From assembly GCA_964057225.1 (NCBI GenBank), contig OZ059896.1, positions 22,010,001-22,074,000 of the forward strand: 64,000 nt of DNA, read 5' to 3'. Shown here piece after piece: positions 27,601 through 41,068 of the stretch. Both the position numbers and the translations under genes were made by a program. Positions within the stretch are counted from its first letter, which is position 1, and the number at the start of each line of letters is the position of its first letter. This stretch comes from Auanema rhodensis (taxonomy: Eukaryota; Animalia; Nematoda). The notes beneath the pieces are model-generated. The model was not told the origin of the DNA, searched no databases, and worked only from the letters and a program-made list of their open reading frames with translations.

Positions 27601-30600
27601 ATTTTTGTATTAAGCGTTTCTCAATGTAGTATAGTGCATTCGATGCGGATTTTTAAGCTGCGTCGATCTGTGTTATCAGATTTGCGCTAGCTTAAAAATG
27701 CACCGAGATATCAACTGATATAAGTTCACACTTATATCATCGATTTTCACCCTGAAGAATTAATTTTTTCGTTGAATAACATTGTCCATCGTCTTTGCCT
27801 TAAAAAAAGGAATCTAAAAACATCTACTTTTTGCTAAATTATTTTGAAAGTTTTCGAAAAAATTTTTGTCAAAATGTTTTTGGAAGCAATGTTGAGTGTA
27901 CATGGAAACTCAACATACACTAATGCATCATTTTTCAAACGATCATAACTAATTTTTGTATTAAGCGTTTCTCAATGTAGTATAGTGCATTCGATGCGGA
28001 TTTTTAAGCTGCGTCGATCTGTGTTATCAGATTTGCGCTAGCTTAAAAATGCACCGAGATATCAACTGATATAAGTTCACACTTATATCCTCGATTTTCA
28101 CCCTGAAGAATTAATTTTTTCGTAGAATAACATTGTCCATCGTCTTTGCCTTAAAAAAAGGAATCTAAAAACATCTACTTTTTGCTAAATTATTCTGAAA
28201 TTTTTTGAAAACATTTTTGTCAAAATGTTTTTGGAAGCAATGTTGATTGTACATGGAAACTCAACATACACTAATGCATCATTTTTCAAACGATCATAAC
28301 TAATTTTTGTATTAAGCGTTTCTCAATGTGGTATAGTGCATTCGATGCGGATTTTTAAGCTGCGTCGATCTGTGTTATCAGATTTGCGCTAGTTTAAAAA
28401 TGCACCGAGATATCAACTGATATAAGTTCACACTTATATCCTCGATTTTCACCCTGAAGAATTGATTTTTTCGTTGAATAACATTGTCCATCGTTTTTGC
28501 CTTGAAAAAAGAAATTTAAAAACATCTACTTTTTGCTAAATTATTTTGAAATTTTTCGAAAAAATTTTTGTCAAAATGTTTTTGGAAGCAATGTTGAGTG
28601 TACATGGAAACTCAACATACACTAATGCATCATTTTTCAAACGATCATAACTAATTTTTGTATTGAGCGTTTCTCAATGTAGTATAGTGCATTCGATGCG
28701 GATTTTTAAGCTGCGTCGATCTGTGTTATCAGATTTGCGCTAGCTTAAAAATGCACCGAGATATCAACTGATATAAGTTCACACTTATATCCTCGATTTT
28801 CACCCTGAAGAATTAATTTTTTCGTAGAATAACATTGTCCATCGTCTTTGCCTTGAAAAAAGGAATCTAAAAACATCTACTTTTTGCTAAATTATTTTGA
28901 AATTTTTCGAAAAAATTTTTGTCAAAATGTTTTTGGAAGCAATGTTGAGTGTACATGGAAACTCAACATACACTAATGCATCATTTTTCAAACGATCATA
29001 ACTAATTTTTGTATTAAGCGTTTCTCAATGTAGTATAGTGCATTCGATGCGGATTTTTAAGCTGCGTCGATCTGTGTTATCAGATTTGCGCTAGCTTAAA
29101 AATGCACCGAGATATCAACTGATATAAGTTCACACTTATATCATCGATTTTCACCCTGAAGAATTAATTTTTTCGTTGAATAACATTGTCCATCGTCTTT
29201 GCGTTAAAAAAAGGAACCTAAAAACATCTACTTTTTGCTAAATTATTTTGAAAGTTTTCGAAAAAATTTTTGTCAAAATGTTTTTGGAAGCAATGTTGAT
29301 TGTACATGGAAACTCAACATACACTAATGCATCATTTTTCAAACGATCATAACTAATTTTTGTATTAAGCGTTTCTCAATGTAGTATAGTGCATTCGATG
29401 CGGATTTTTAAGCTGCGTCGATCTGTGTTATCAGATTTGCGCTAGCTTAAAAATGCACCGAGATATCAACTGATATAAGTTCACACTTATAGCCTCGATT
29501 TTCACCCTGAAGAATTAATTTTTTCGTAGAATAACATTGTCCATCGTCTTTGTCTTGAAAAAAGGAATCTAAAAACATCTACTTTTTGCTAAATTATTTT
29601 GAAATTTTTCGAAAAAATTTTTGTCAAAATGTTTTTGGAAGCAATGTTGAGTGTACATGGAAACTCAACATACACTAATGCATCATTTTTCAAACGATCA
29701 TAACTAATTTTTGTATTAAGCGTTTCTCAATGTAGTATAGTGCATTCGATGCGGATTTTTAAGCTGCGTCGATCTGTGTTATCAGATTTGCGCTAGCTTA
29801 AAAATGCACCGAGATATCAACTGATATAAGTTCACACTTATATCATCGATTTTCACCCTGAAGAATTAATTTTTTCGTTGAATAACATTGTCCATCGTCT
29901 TTGCCTTAAAAAAAGGAATCTAAAAACATCTACTTTTTGCTAAATTATTTTGAAAGTTTTCGAAAAAATTTTTGTCAAAATGTTTTTGGAAGCAATGTTG
30001 AGTGTACATGGAAACTCAACATACACTAATGCATCATTTTTCAAACGATCATAACTAATTTTTGTATTAAGCGTTTCTCAATGTAGTATAGTGCATTCGA
30101 TGCGGATTTTTAAGCTGCGTCGATCTGTGTTATCAGATTTGCGCTAGCTTAAAAATGCACCGAGATATCAACTGATATAAGTTCACACTTATATCCTCGA
30201 TTTTCACCCTGAAGAATTAATTTTTTCGTAGAATAACATTGTCCATCGTCTTTGCCTTAAAAAAAGGAATCTAAAAACATCTACTTTTTGCTAAATTATT
30301 CTGAAATTTTTTGAAAACATTTTTGTCAAAATGTTTTTGGAAGCAATGTTGATTGTACATGGAAACTCAACATACACTAATGCATCATTTTTCAAACGAT
30401 CATAACTAATTTTTGTATTAAGCGTTTCTCAATGTGGTATAGTGCATTCGATGCGGATTTTTAAGCTGCGTCGATCTGTGTTATCAGATTTGCGCTAGTT
30501 TAAAAATGCACCGAGATATCAACTGATATAAGTTCACACTTATATCCTCGATTTTCACCCTGAAGAATTGATTTTTTCGTTGAATAACATTGTCCATCGT

Positions 30601-33600
30601 TTTTGCCTTGAAAAAAGAAATTTAAAAACATCTACTTTTTGCTAAATTATTTTGAAATTTTTCGAAAAAATTTTTGTCAAAATGTTTTTGGAAGCAATGT
30701 TGAGTGTACATGGAAACTCAACATACACTAATGCATCATTTTTCAAACGATCATAACTAATTTTTGTATTGAGCGTTTCTCAATGTAGTATAGTGCATTC
30801 GATGCGGATTTTTAAGCTGCGTCGATCTGTGTTATCAGATTTGCGCTAGCTTAAAAATGCACCGAGATATCAACTGATATAAGTTCACACTTATATCCTC
30901 GATTTTCACCCTGAAGAATTAATTTTTTCGTAGAATAACATTGTCCATCGTCTTTGCCTTGAAAAAAGGAATCTAAAAACATCTACTTTTTGCTAAATTA
31001 TTTTGAAATTTTTCGAAAAAATTTTTGTCAAAATGTTTTTGGAAGCAATGTTGAGTGTACATGGAAACTCAACATACACTAATGCATCATTTTTCAAACG
31101 ATCATAACTAATTTTTGTATTAAGCGTTTCTCAATGTAGTATAGTGCATTCGATGCGGATTTTTAAGCTGCGTCGATCTGTGTTATCAGATTTGCGCTAG
31201 CTTAAAAATGCACCGAGATATCAACTGATATAAGTTCACACTTATATCATCGATTTTCACCCTGAAGAATTAATTTTTTCGTTGAATAACATTGTCCATC
31301 GTCTTTGCGTTAAAAAAAGGAACCTAAAAACATCTACTTTTTGCTAAATTATTTTGAAAGTTTTCGAAAAAATTTTTGTCAAAATGTTTTTGGAAGCAAT
31401 GTTGATTGTACATGGAAACTCAACATACACTAATGCATCATTTTTCAAACGATCATAACTAATTTTTGTATTAAGCGTTTCTCAATGTAGTATAGTGCAT
31501 TCGATGCGGATTTTTAAGCTGCGTCGATCTGTGTTATCAGATTTGCGCTAGCTTAAAAATGCACCGAGATATCAACTGATATAAGTTCACACTTATAGCC
31601 TCGATTTTCACCCTGAATAATTAATTTTTTCGTTGAATAACATTGTCCATCGTCTTTGCCTTAAAAAAAGGAATCTAAAAACATCTACTTTTTGCTAAAT
31701 TATTTTGAAATTTTTTGAAAACATTTTTGTCAAAATGTTTTTGGAAGCAATGTTGATTGTACATGGAAACTCAACATACACTAATGCATCATTTTTCAAA
31801 CGATCATAACTAATTTTTGTATTAAGCGTTTCTCAATGTAGTATAGTGCATTCGATGCGGATTTTTAAGCTGCGTCGATCTGTGTTATCAGATTTGCGCT
31901 AGCTTAAAAATGCACCGAGATATCAACTGATATAAGTTCACACTTATATCCTCGATTTTCACCCTGAAGAATTAATTTTTTCGTAGAATAACATTGTCCA
32001 TCGTCTTTGCCTTAAAAAAAGGAATCTAAAAACATCTACTTTTTGCTAAATTATTCTGAAATTTTTTGAAAACATTTTTGTCAAAATGTTTTTGGAAGCA
32101 ATGTTGATTGTACATGGAAACTCAACATACACTAATGCATCATTTTTCAAACGATCATAACTAATTTTTGTATTAAGCTTTTCTCAATGTAGTATAGTGC
32201 ATTCGATGCGGATTTTTAAGCTGCGTCGATCTGTGTTATCAGATTTGCGCTAGCTTAAAAATGCACCGAGATATCAACTGATATAAGTTCACACTTATAG
32301 CCTCGATTTTCACCCTGAATAATTAATTTTTTTGTTGAATAACATTGTCCATCGTCTTTGCCTTAAAAAAAGGAATCTAAAAACATCTACTTTTTGCTAA
32401 ATTATTCTGAAATTTTTTGAAAACATTTTTGTCAAAATGTTTTTGGAAGCAATGTTGATTGTACATGGAAACTCAACATACACTAATGCATCATTTTTCA
32501 AACGATCATAACTAATTTTTGTATTAAGCGTTTCTCAATGTGGTATAGTGCATTCGATGCGGATTTTTAAGCTGCGTCGATCTGTGTTATCAGATTTGCG
32601 CTAGTTTAAAAATGCACCGAGATATCAACTGATATAAGTTCACACTTATATCCTCGATTTTCACCCTGAAGAATTGATTTTTTCGTTGAATAACATTGTC
32701 CATCGTTTTTGCCTTGAAAAAAGAAATTTAAAAACATCTACTTTTTGCTAAATTATTTTGAAATTTTTCGAAAAAATTTTTGTCAAAATGTTTTTGGAAG
32801 CAATGTTGAGTGTACATGGAAACTCAACATACACTAATGCATCATTTTTCAAACGATCATAACTAATTTTTGTATTGAGCGTTTCTCAATGTAGTATAGT
32901 GCATTCGATGCGGATTTTTAAGCTGCGTCGATCTGTGTTATCAGATTTGCGCTAGCTTAAAAATGCACCGAGATATCAACTGATATAAGTTCACACTTAT
33001 ATCCTCGATTTTCACCCTGAAGAATTAATTTTTTCGTAGAATAACATTGTCCATCGTCTTTGCCTTGAAAAAAGGAATCTAAAAACATCTACTTTTTGCT
33101 AAATTATTTTGAAATTTTTCGAAAAAATTTTTGTCAAAATGTTTTTGGAAGCAATGTTGAGTGTACATGGAAACTCAACATACACTAATGCATCATTTTT
33201 CAAACGATCATAACTAATTTTTGTATTAAGCGTTTCTCAATGTAGTATAGTGCATTCGATGCGGATTTTTAAGCTGCGTCGATCTGTGTTATCAGATTTG
33301 CGCTAGCTTAAAAATGCACCGAGATATCAACTGATATAAGTTCACACTTATATCATCGATTTTCACCCTGAAGAATTAATTTTTTCGTTGAATAACATTG
33401 TCCATCGTCTTTGCCTTAAAAAAAGGAATCTAAAAACATCTACTTTTTGCTAAATTATTTTGAAAGTTTTCGAAAAAATTTTTGTCAAAATGTTTTTGGA
33501 AGCAATGTTGATTGTACATGGAAACTCAACATACACTAATGCATCATTTTTCAAACGATCATAACTAATTTTTGTATTAAGCGTTTCTCAATGTAGTATA

Positions 33601-36504
33601 GTGCATTCGATGCGGATTTTTAAGCTGCGTCGATCTGTGTTATCAGATTTGCGCTAGCTTAAAAATGCACCGAGATATCAACTGATATAAGTTCACACTT
33701 ATAGCCTCGATTTTCACCCTGAATAATTAATTTTTTCGTTGAATAACATTGTCCATCGTCTTTGCCTTAAAAAAAGGAATCTAAAAACATCTACTTTTTG
33801 CTAAATTATTTTGAAATTTTTTGAAAACATTTTTGTCAAAATGTTTTTGGAAGCAATGTTGATTGTACATGGAAACTCAACATACACTAATGCATCATTT
33901 TTCAAACGATCATAACTAATTTTTGTATTAAGCGTTTCTCAATGTAGTATAGTGCATTCGATGCGGATTTTTAAGCTGCGTCGATCTGTGTTATCAGATT
34001 TGCGCTAGCTTAAAAATGCACCGAGATATCAACTGATATAAGTTCACACTTATATCCTCGATTTTCACCCTGAAGAATTAATTTTTTCGTAGAATAACAT
34101 TGTCCATCGTCTTTGCCTTAAAAAAAGGAATCTAAAAACATCTACTTTTTGCTAAATTATTCTGAAATTTTTTGAAAACATTTTTGTCAAAATGTTTTTG
34201 GAAGCAATGTTGATTGTACATGGAAACTCAACATACACTAATGCATCATTTTTCAAACGATCATAACTAATTTTTGTATTAAGCGTTTCTCAATGTAGTA
34301 TAGTGCATTCGATGCGGATTTTTAAGCTGCGTCGATCTGTGTTATCAGATTTGCGCTAGCTTAAAAATGCACCGAGATATCAACTGATATAAGTTCACAC
34401 TTATAGCCTCGATTTTCACCCTGAATAATTAATTTTTTCGTTGAATAACATTGTCCATCGTCTTTGCCTCAAAAAAAGGAATCTAAAAACATCTACTTTT
34501 TGCTAAATTATTTTGAAATTTTTTGAAAACATTTTTGTCAAAATGTTTTTGGAAGCAATGTTGATTGTACATGGAAACTCAACATACACTAATGCATCAT
34601 TTTTCAAACGATCATAACTAATTTTTGTATTAAGCGTTTCTCAATGTAGTATAGTGCATTCGATGCGGATTTTTAAGCTGCGTCGATCTGTGTTATCAGA
34701 TTTGCGCTAGCTTAAAAATGCACCGAGATATCAACTGATATAAGTTCACACTTATATCCTCGATTTTCACCCTGAAGAATTAATTTTTTCGTAGAATAAC
34801 ATTGTCCATCGTCTTTGCCTTAAAAAAAGGAATCTAAAAACATCTACTTTTTGCTAAATTATTCTGAAATTTTTTGAAAACATTTTTGTCAAAATGTTTT
34901 TGGAAGCAATGTTGATTGTACATGGAAACTCAACATACACTAATGCATCATTTTTCAAACGATCATAACTAATTTTTGTATTAAGCGTTTCTCAATGTGG
35001 TATAGTGCATTCGATGCGGATTTTTAAGCTGCGTCGATCTGTGTTATCAGATTTGCGCTAGTTTAAAAATGCACCGAGATATCAACTGATATAAGTTCAC
35101 ACTTATATCCTCGATTTTCACCCTGAAGAATTGATTTTTTCGTTGAATAACATTGTCCATCGTTTTTGCCTTGAAAAAAGAAATTTAAAAACATCTACTT
35201 TTTGCTAAATTATTTTGAAATTTTTCGAAAAAATTTTTGTCAAAATGTTTTTGGAAGCAATGTTGAGTGTACATGGAAACTCAACATACACTAATGCATC
35301 ATTTTTCAAACGATCATAACTAATTTTTGTATTAAGCGTTTCTCAATGTAGTATAGTGCATTCGATGCGGATTTTTAAGCTGCGTCGATCTGTGTTATCA
35401 GATTTGCGCTAGCTTAAAAATGCACCGAGATATCAACTGATATAAGTTCACACTTATATCCTCGATTTTCACCCTGAAGAATTAATTTTTTCGTAGAATA
35501 ACATTGTCCATCGTCTTTGCCTTGAAAAAAGGAATCTAAAAACATCTACTTTTTGCTAAATTATTTTGAAATTTTTCGAAAAAATTTTTGTCAAAATGTT
35601 TTTGGAAGCAATGTTGAGTGTACATGGAAACTCAACATACACTAATGCATCATTTTTCAAACGATCATAACTAATTTTTGTATTAAGCGTTTCTCAATGT
35701 AGTATAGTGCATTCGATGCGGATTTTTAAGCTGCGTCGATCTGTGTTATCAGATTTGCGCTAGCTTAAAAATGCACCGAGATATCAACTGATATAAGTTC
35801 ACACTTATATCCTCGATTTTCACCCTGAAGAATTAATTTTTTCGTCGAATAACATTGTCCATCGTCTTTGCTTTGAAAAAAGAAATCTAAAAACATCTAC
35901 TTTTTGCTAAATTATTCTGAAATTTTTTGAAAACATTTTTGTCAAAATGTTTTTGGAAGCAATGTTGATTGTACATGGAAACTCAACATACACTAATGCA
36001 TCATTTTTCAAACGATCATAACTAATTTTTGTATTAAGCGTTTCTCAATGTAGTATAGTGCATTTGATGCGGATTTTTAAGCTGCGTCGATCTGTGTTAT
36101 CAGATTTGCGCTAGCTTAAAAATGCACCGAGATATCAACTGATATAAGTTCACACTTATATCCTCGATTTTCACCCTGAAGAATTAATTTTTTCGTTGAA
36201 TAACATTGTCCATCGTTTTTGCCTTGAAAAAAGAAATCTAAAAACATCTACTTTTTGCTAAATTATTCTGAAATTTTTCGCAAAAAGTTTTGTCAAAATG
36301 TTTTTGGAAGCAATGTTGATTGTACTTGGAAACTCAACATACACTAATGCATCATTTTTCAAACGATCATAACTAATTTTTGTATTAAGCGTTTCTCAAT
36401 GTAGTATAGTGCATTCGATGCGGATTTTTAAGCTGCGTCGATCTGTGTTATCAGATTTGCGCTAGCTTAAAAATGCACCGAGATATCAACTGATATAAGT
36501 TCAC
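12637..36504. repeat. Variant domain II (monomers 37-104)
   Basis: Markers p10A (TATCATCG), p28T (GAATAATT), p85T (GAAATTTA), p121G (GAAAGTTTTCG), p250G (TGTGGTA) and p313T (CTAGTTTA) are confined to this interval. Confidence 0.8.
18214..36504. repeat. 23-monomer (8073-bp) tandem duplication whose second copy contains a nested 6-monomer (2106-bp) duplication
   Basis: GCGTTAAAAAAAGGAACC occurs at about 21128, 29201 and 31307. CCTCAAA (24291/34470), AAGCTTTT (about 22000/32179) and CGCAAAA plus GTACTTGG (about 26101/36280) recur at offset 10179, which is 29 monomers. Confidence 0.85.
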
Positions 36505-39500
36505 ACTTATATCCTCGATTTTCACCCTGAAGAATTAATTTTTTCGTTGAATAACATTGTCCATCGTCTTTGCCTTAAAAAAAAGGAGTCTAAAAACATC
36601 TACTTTTTGTTAAATTATTCTGAAATTTTTTGAAAACATTTTTGTCAAAATGTTTTTGGAAGCAATGTTGATTGTACATGGAAACTCAACATACACTAAT
36701 GCATCATTTTTCAAACGATCATAACTAATTTTTGTATTAAGCGTTTCTCAATGTAGTATAGTGCATTTGATGCGGATTTTTAAGCTGCGTCGTTCTGTGT
36801 TATCAGATTTGCGCTAGCTTAAAAATGCACCGAGATATCAACTGATATAAGTTCACACTTATATCCTCGATTTTCACCCTGAAGAATTAATTTTTTCGTT
36901 GAATAACATTGTCCATCGTTTTTGCCTTGAAAAAAGAAATCTAAAAACATCTACTTTTTGCTAAATTATTCTGAAATTTTTCGAAAAAAGTTTTGTCAAA
37001 ATGTTTTTGGAAGCAATGTTGATTGTACATGGAAACTCAACATACACTAATGCATCATTTTTCAAACGATCATAACTAATTTTTGTATTAAGCGTTTCTC
37101 AATGTAGTATAGTGCATTCGATGCGGATTTTTAAGCTGCGTCGATCTGTGTTATCAGATTTGCGCTAGCTTAAAAATGCACCGAGATATCAACTGATATA
37201 AGTTCACACTTATATCCTCGATTTTCACCCTGAAGAATTAATTTTTTCGTTGAATAACATTGTCCATCGTCTTTGCCTTAAAAAAAGGAGTCTAAAAACA
37301 TCTACTTTTTGTTAAATTATTCTGAAATTTTTTGAAAACATTTTTGTCAAAATGTTTTTGGAAGCAATGTTGATTGTACATGGAAACTCAACATACACTA
37401 ATGCATCATTTTTCAAACGATCATAACTAATTTTTGTATTAAGCGTTTCTCAATGTAGTATAGTGCATTTGATGCGGATTTTTAAGCTGCGTCGATCTGT
37501 GTTATCAGATTTGCGCTAGCTTAAAAATGCACCGAGATATCAACTGATATAAGTTCACACTTATATCCTCGATTTTCACCCTGAAGAATTGATTTTTTCG
37601 TTGAATAACATTGTCCATCGTTTTTGCCTTGAAAAAAGAAATCTAAAAACATCTACTTTTTGCTAAATTATTCTGAAATTTTTCGAAAAAAGTTTTGTCA
37701 AAATGTTTTTGGAAGCAATGTTGATTGTACATGGAAACTCAACATACACTAAAGCATCATGTTTCAAACGATCATAACTAATTTTTGTATTAAGCGTTTC
37801 TCAATGTAGTATAGTGTATTCGATGCGGATTTTTAAGCTGCGTCGATCTGTGTTATCAGATTTGCGCTAGCTTAAAAATGCACCGAGATATCAACTGATA
37901 TAAGTTCACACTTATAGCCTCGATTTTCACCCTGAAGAATTAATTTTTTCGTTGAATAACATTGTCCATCGTCTTTGCTTTGAAAAAAGGAATCTAAAAA
38001 CATCTACTTTTTGCTAAATTATTTTGAAATTTTTCGAAAAAATTTTTGTCAAAATGTTTTTGGAAGCAATGTTGATTGTACATGGAAACTCAACATACAC
38101 TAATGCATCATTTTTCAAACGATCATAACTAATTTTTGTATTAAGCGTTTCTCAATGAAGTATAGTGCATTCGATGCGGATTTTTAAGCTGCGTCGATCT
38201 GTGTTATCAGATTTGCGCTAGCTTAAAAATGCACCGAGATATCAACTGATATAAGTTCACACTTATATCCTCGATTTTCACCCTGAAGAATTAATTTTTT
38301 CGTTGAATAACATTGTCCATCGTTTTTGCCTTGAAAAAAGAAATCTAAAAACATCTACTTTTTGCTAAATTATTCTGAAATTTTTCGAAAAAAGTTTTGT
38401 CAAAATGTTTTTGGAAGCAATGTTGATTGTACATGGAAACTCAACATACACTAATGCATCATTTTTCAAACGATCATAACTAATTTTTGTATTAAGCGTT
38501 TCTCAATGTAGTATAGTGTATTCGATGCGGATTTTTAAGCTGCGTCGATCTGTGTTATCAGATTTGCGCTAGCTTAAAAATGCACCGAGATATCAACTGA
38601 TATAAGTTCACACTTATATCCTCGATTTTCACCCTGAAGAATTAATTTTTTCGTCGAATAACATTGTCCATCGTCTTTGCTTTGAAAAAAGGAATCTAAA
38701 AACATCTACTTTTTGCTAAATTATTTTGAAATTTTTCGAAAAAATTTTTGTCAAAATGTTTTTGGAAGCAATGTTGATTGTACATGGAAACTCAACATAC
38801 ACTAATGCATCATTTTTCAAACGATCATAACTAATTTTTGTATTAAGCGTTTCTCAATGTAGTATAGTGCATTCGATGCGGATTTTTAAGCTGCGTCGAT
38901 CTGTGTTATCAGATTTGCGCTAGCTTAAAAATGCACCGAGATATCAACTGATATAAGTTCACACTTATATCCTCGATTTTCACCCTGAAGAATTAATTTT
39001 TTCGTCGAATAACATTGTCCATCGTCTTTGCTTTGAAAAAAGGAATCTAAAAACATCTACTTTTTGCTAAATTATTCTGAAATTTTTTGAAAACATTTTT
39101 GTCAAAATGTTTTTGGAAGCAATGTTGTTTGTACATGGAAACTCAACATACACTAATGCATCATTTTTCAAACGATCATAACTAATTTTTGTATTAAGCG
39201 TTTCTCAATGTAGTATAGTGCATTTGATGCGGATTTTTAAGCTGCGTCGATCTGTGTTATCAGATTTGCGCTAGCTTAAAAATGCACCGAGATATCAACT
39301 GATATAAGTTCACACTTATATCCTCGATTTTCACCCTGAAGAATTAATTTTTTCGTTGAATAACATTGTCCATCGTTTTTGCCTTGAAAAAAGAAATCTA
39401 AAAACATCTACTTTTTGCTAAATTATTCTGAAATTTTTCGAAAAAAGTTTTGTCAAAATGTTTTTGGAAGCAATGTTGATTGTACATGGAAACTCAACAT

Positions 39501-41068
39501 ACACTAATGCATCATTTTTCAAACGATCATAACTAATTTTTGTATTAAGCGTTTCTCAATGTAGTATAGTGTATTCGATGCGGATTTTTAAGCTGCGTCG
39601 ATCTGTGTTATCAGATTTGCGCTAGCTTAAAAATGCACCGAGATATCAACTGATATAAGTTCACACTTATATCCTCGATTTTCACCCTGAAGAATTAATT
39701 TTTTCGTCGAATAACATTGTCCATCGTCTTTGCTTTGAAAAAAGGAATCTAAAAACATCTACTTTTTGCTAAATTATTTTGAAATTTTTCGAAAAAATTT
39801 TTGTCAAAATGTTTTTGGAAGCAATGTTGAGTGTACATGGAAACTCAACATACACTAATGCATCATGTTTCAAACGATCATAACTAATTTTTGTATTAAG
39901 CGTTTCTCAATGTAGTATAGTGCATTCGATGCGGATTTTTAAGCTGCGTCGATCTGTGTTATCAGATTTGCGCTAGCTTAAAAATGCACCGAGATATCAA
40001 CTGATATATGTTCACACTTATATCCTCGATTTTCACCCTGAAGAATTAATTTTTTCGTTGAATAACATTGTCCATCGTCTTTGCCTTAAAAAAAGGAGTC
40101 TAAAAACATCTACTTTTTGTTAAATTATTCTGAAATTTTTTGAAAACATTTTTGTCAAAATGTTTTTGGAAGCAATGTTGATTGTACATGGAAACTCAAC
40201 ATACACTAATGCATCATTTTTCAAACGATCATAACTAATTTTTGTATCAAGCGTTTCTCAATGTAGTATAGTGCATTCGATGCGGATTTTTAAGCTGCGT
40301 CGATCTGTGTTATCAGATTTGCGCTAGCTTAAAAATGCACCGAGATATCAACTGATATAAGTTCACACTTATATCCTCGATTTTCACCCTGAAGAATTAA
40401 TTTTTTCGTTGAATAACATTGTCCATCGTCTTTGCCTTAAAAAAAGGAGTCTAAAAACATCTACTTTTTGTTAAATTATTCTGAAATTTTTTGAAAACAT
40501 TTTTGTCAAAATGTTTTTGGAAGCAATGTTGATTGTACATGGAAACTCAACATACACTAATGCATCATTTTTCAAACGATCATAACTAATTTTTGTATTA
40601 AGCGTTTCTCAATGTAGTATAGTGCATTTGATGCGGATTTTTAAGCTGCGTCGATCTGTGTTATCAGATTTGCGCTAGCTTAAAAATGCACCGAGATATC
40701 AACTGATATAAGTTCACACTTATATCCTCGATTTTCACCCTGAAGAATTAATTTTTTCGTTGAATAACATTGTCCATCGTTTTTGCCTTGAAAAAAGAAA
40801 TCTAAAAACATCTACTTTTTGCTAAATTATTCTGAAATTTTTCGAAAAAAGTTTTGTCAAAATGTTTTTGGAAGCAATGTTGATTGTACATGGAAACTCA
40901 ACATACACTAATGCATCATTTTTCAAACGATCATAACTAATTTTTGTATTAAGCGTTTCTCAATGTAGTATAGTGCATTCGATGCGGATTTTTAAGCTGC
41001 GTCGATCTGTGTTATCAGATTTGCGCTAGCTTAAAAATGCACCGAGATATCAACTGATATAAGTTCAC

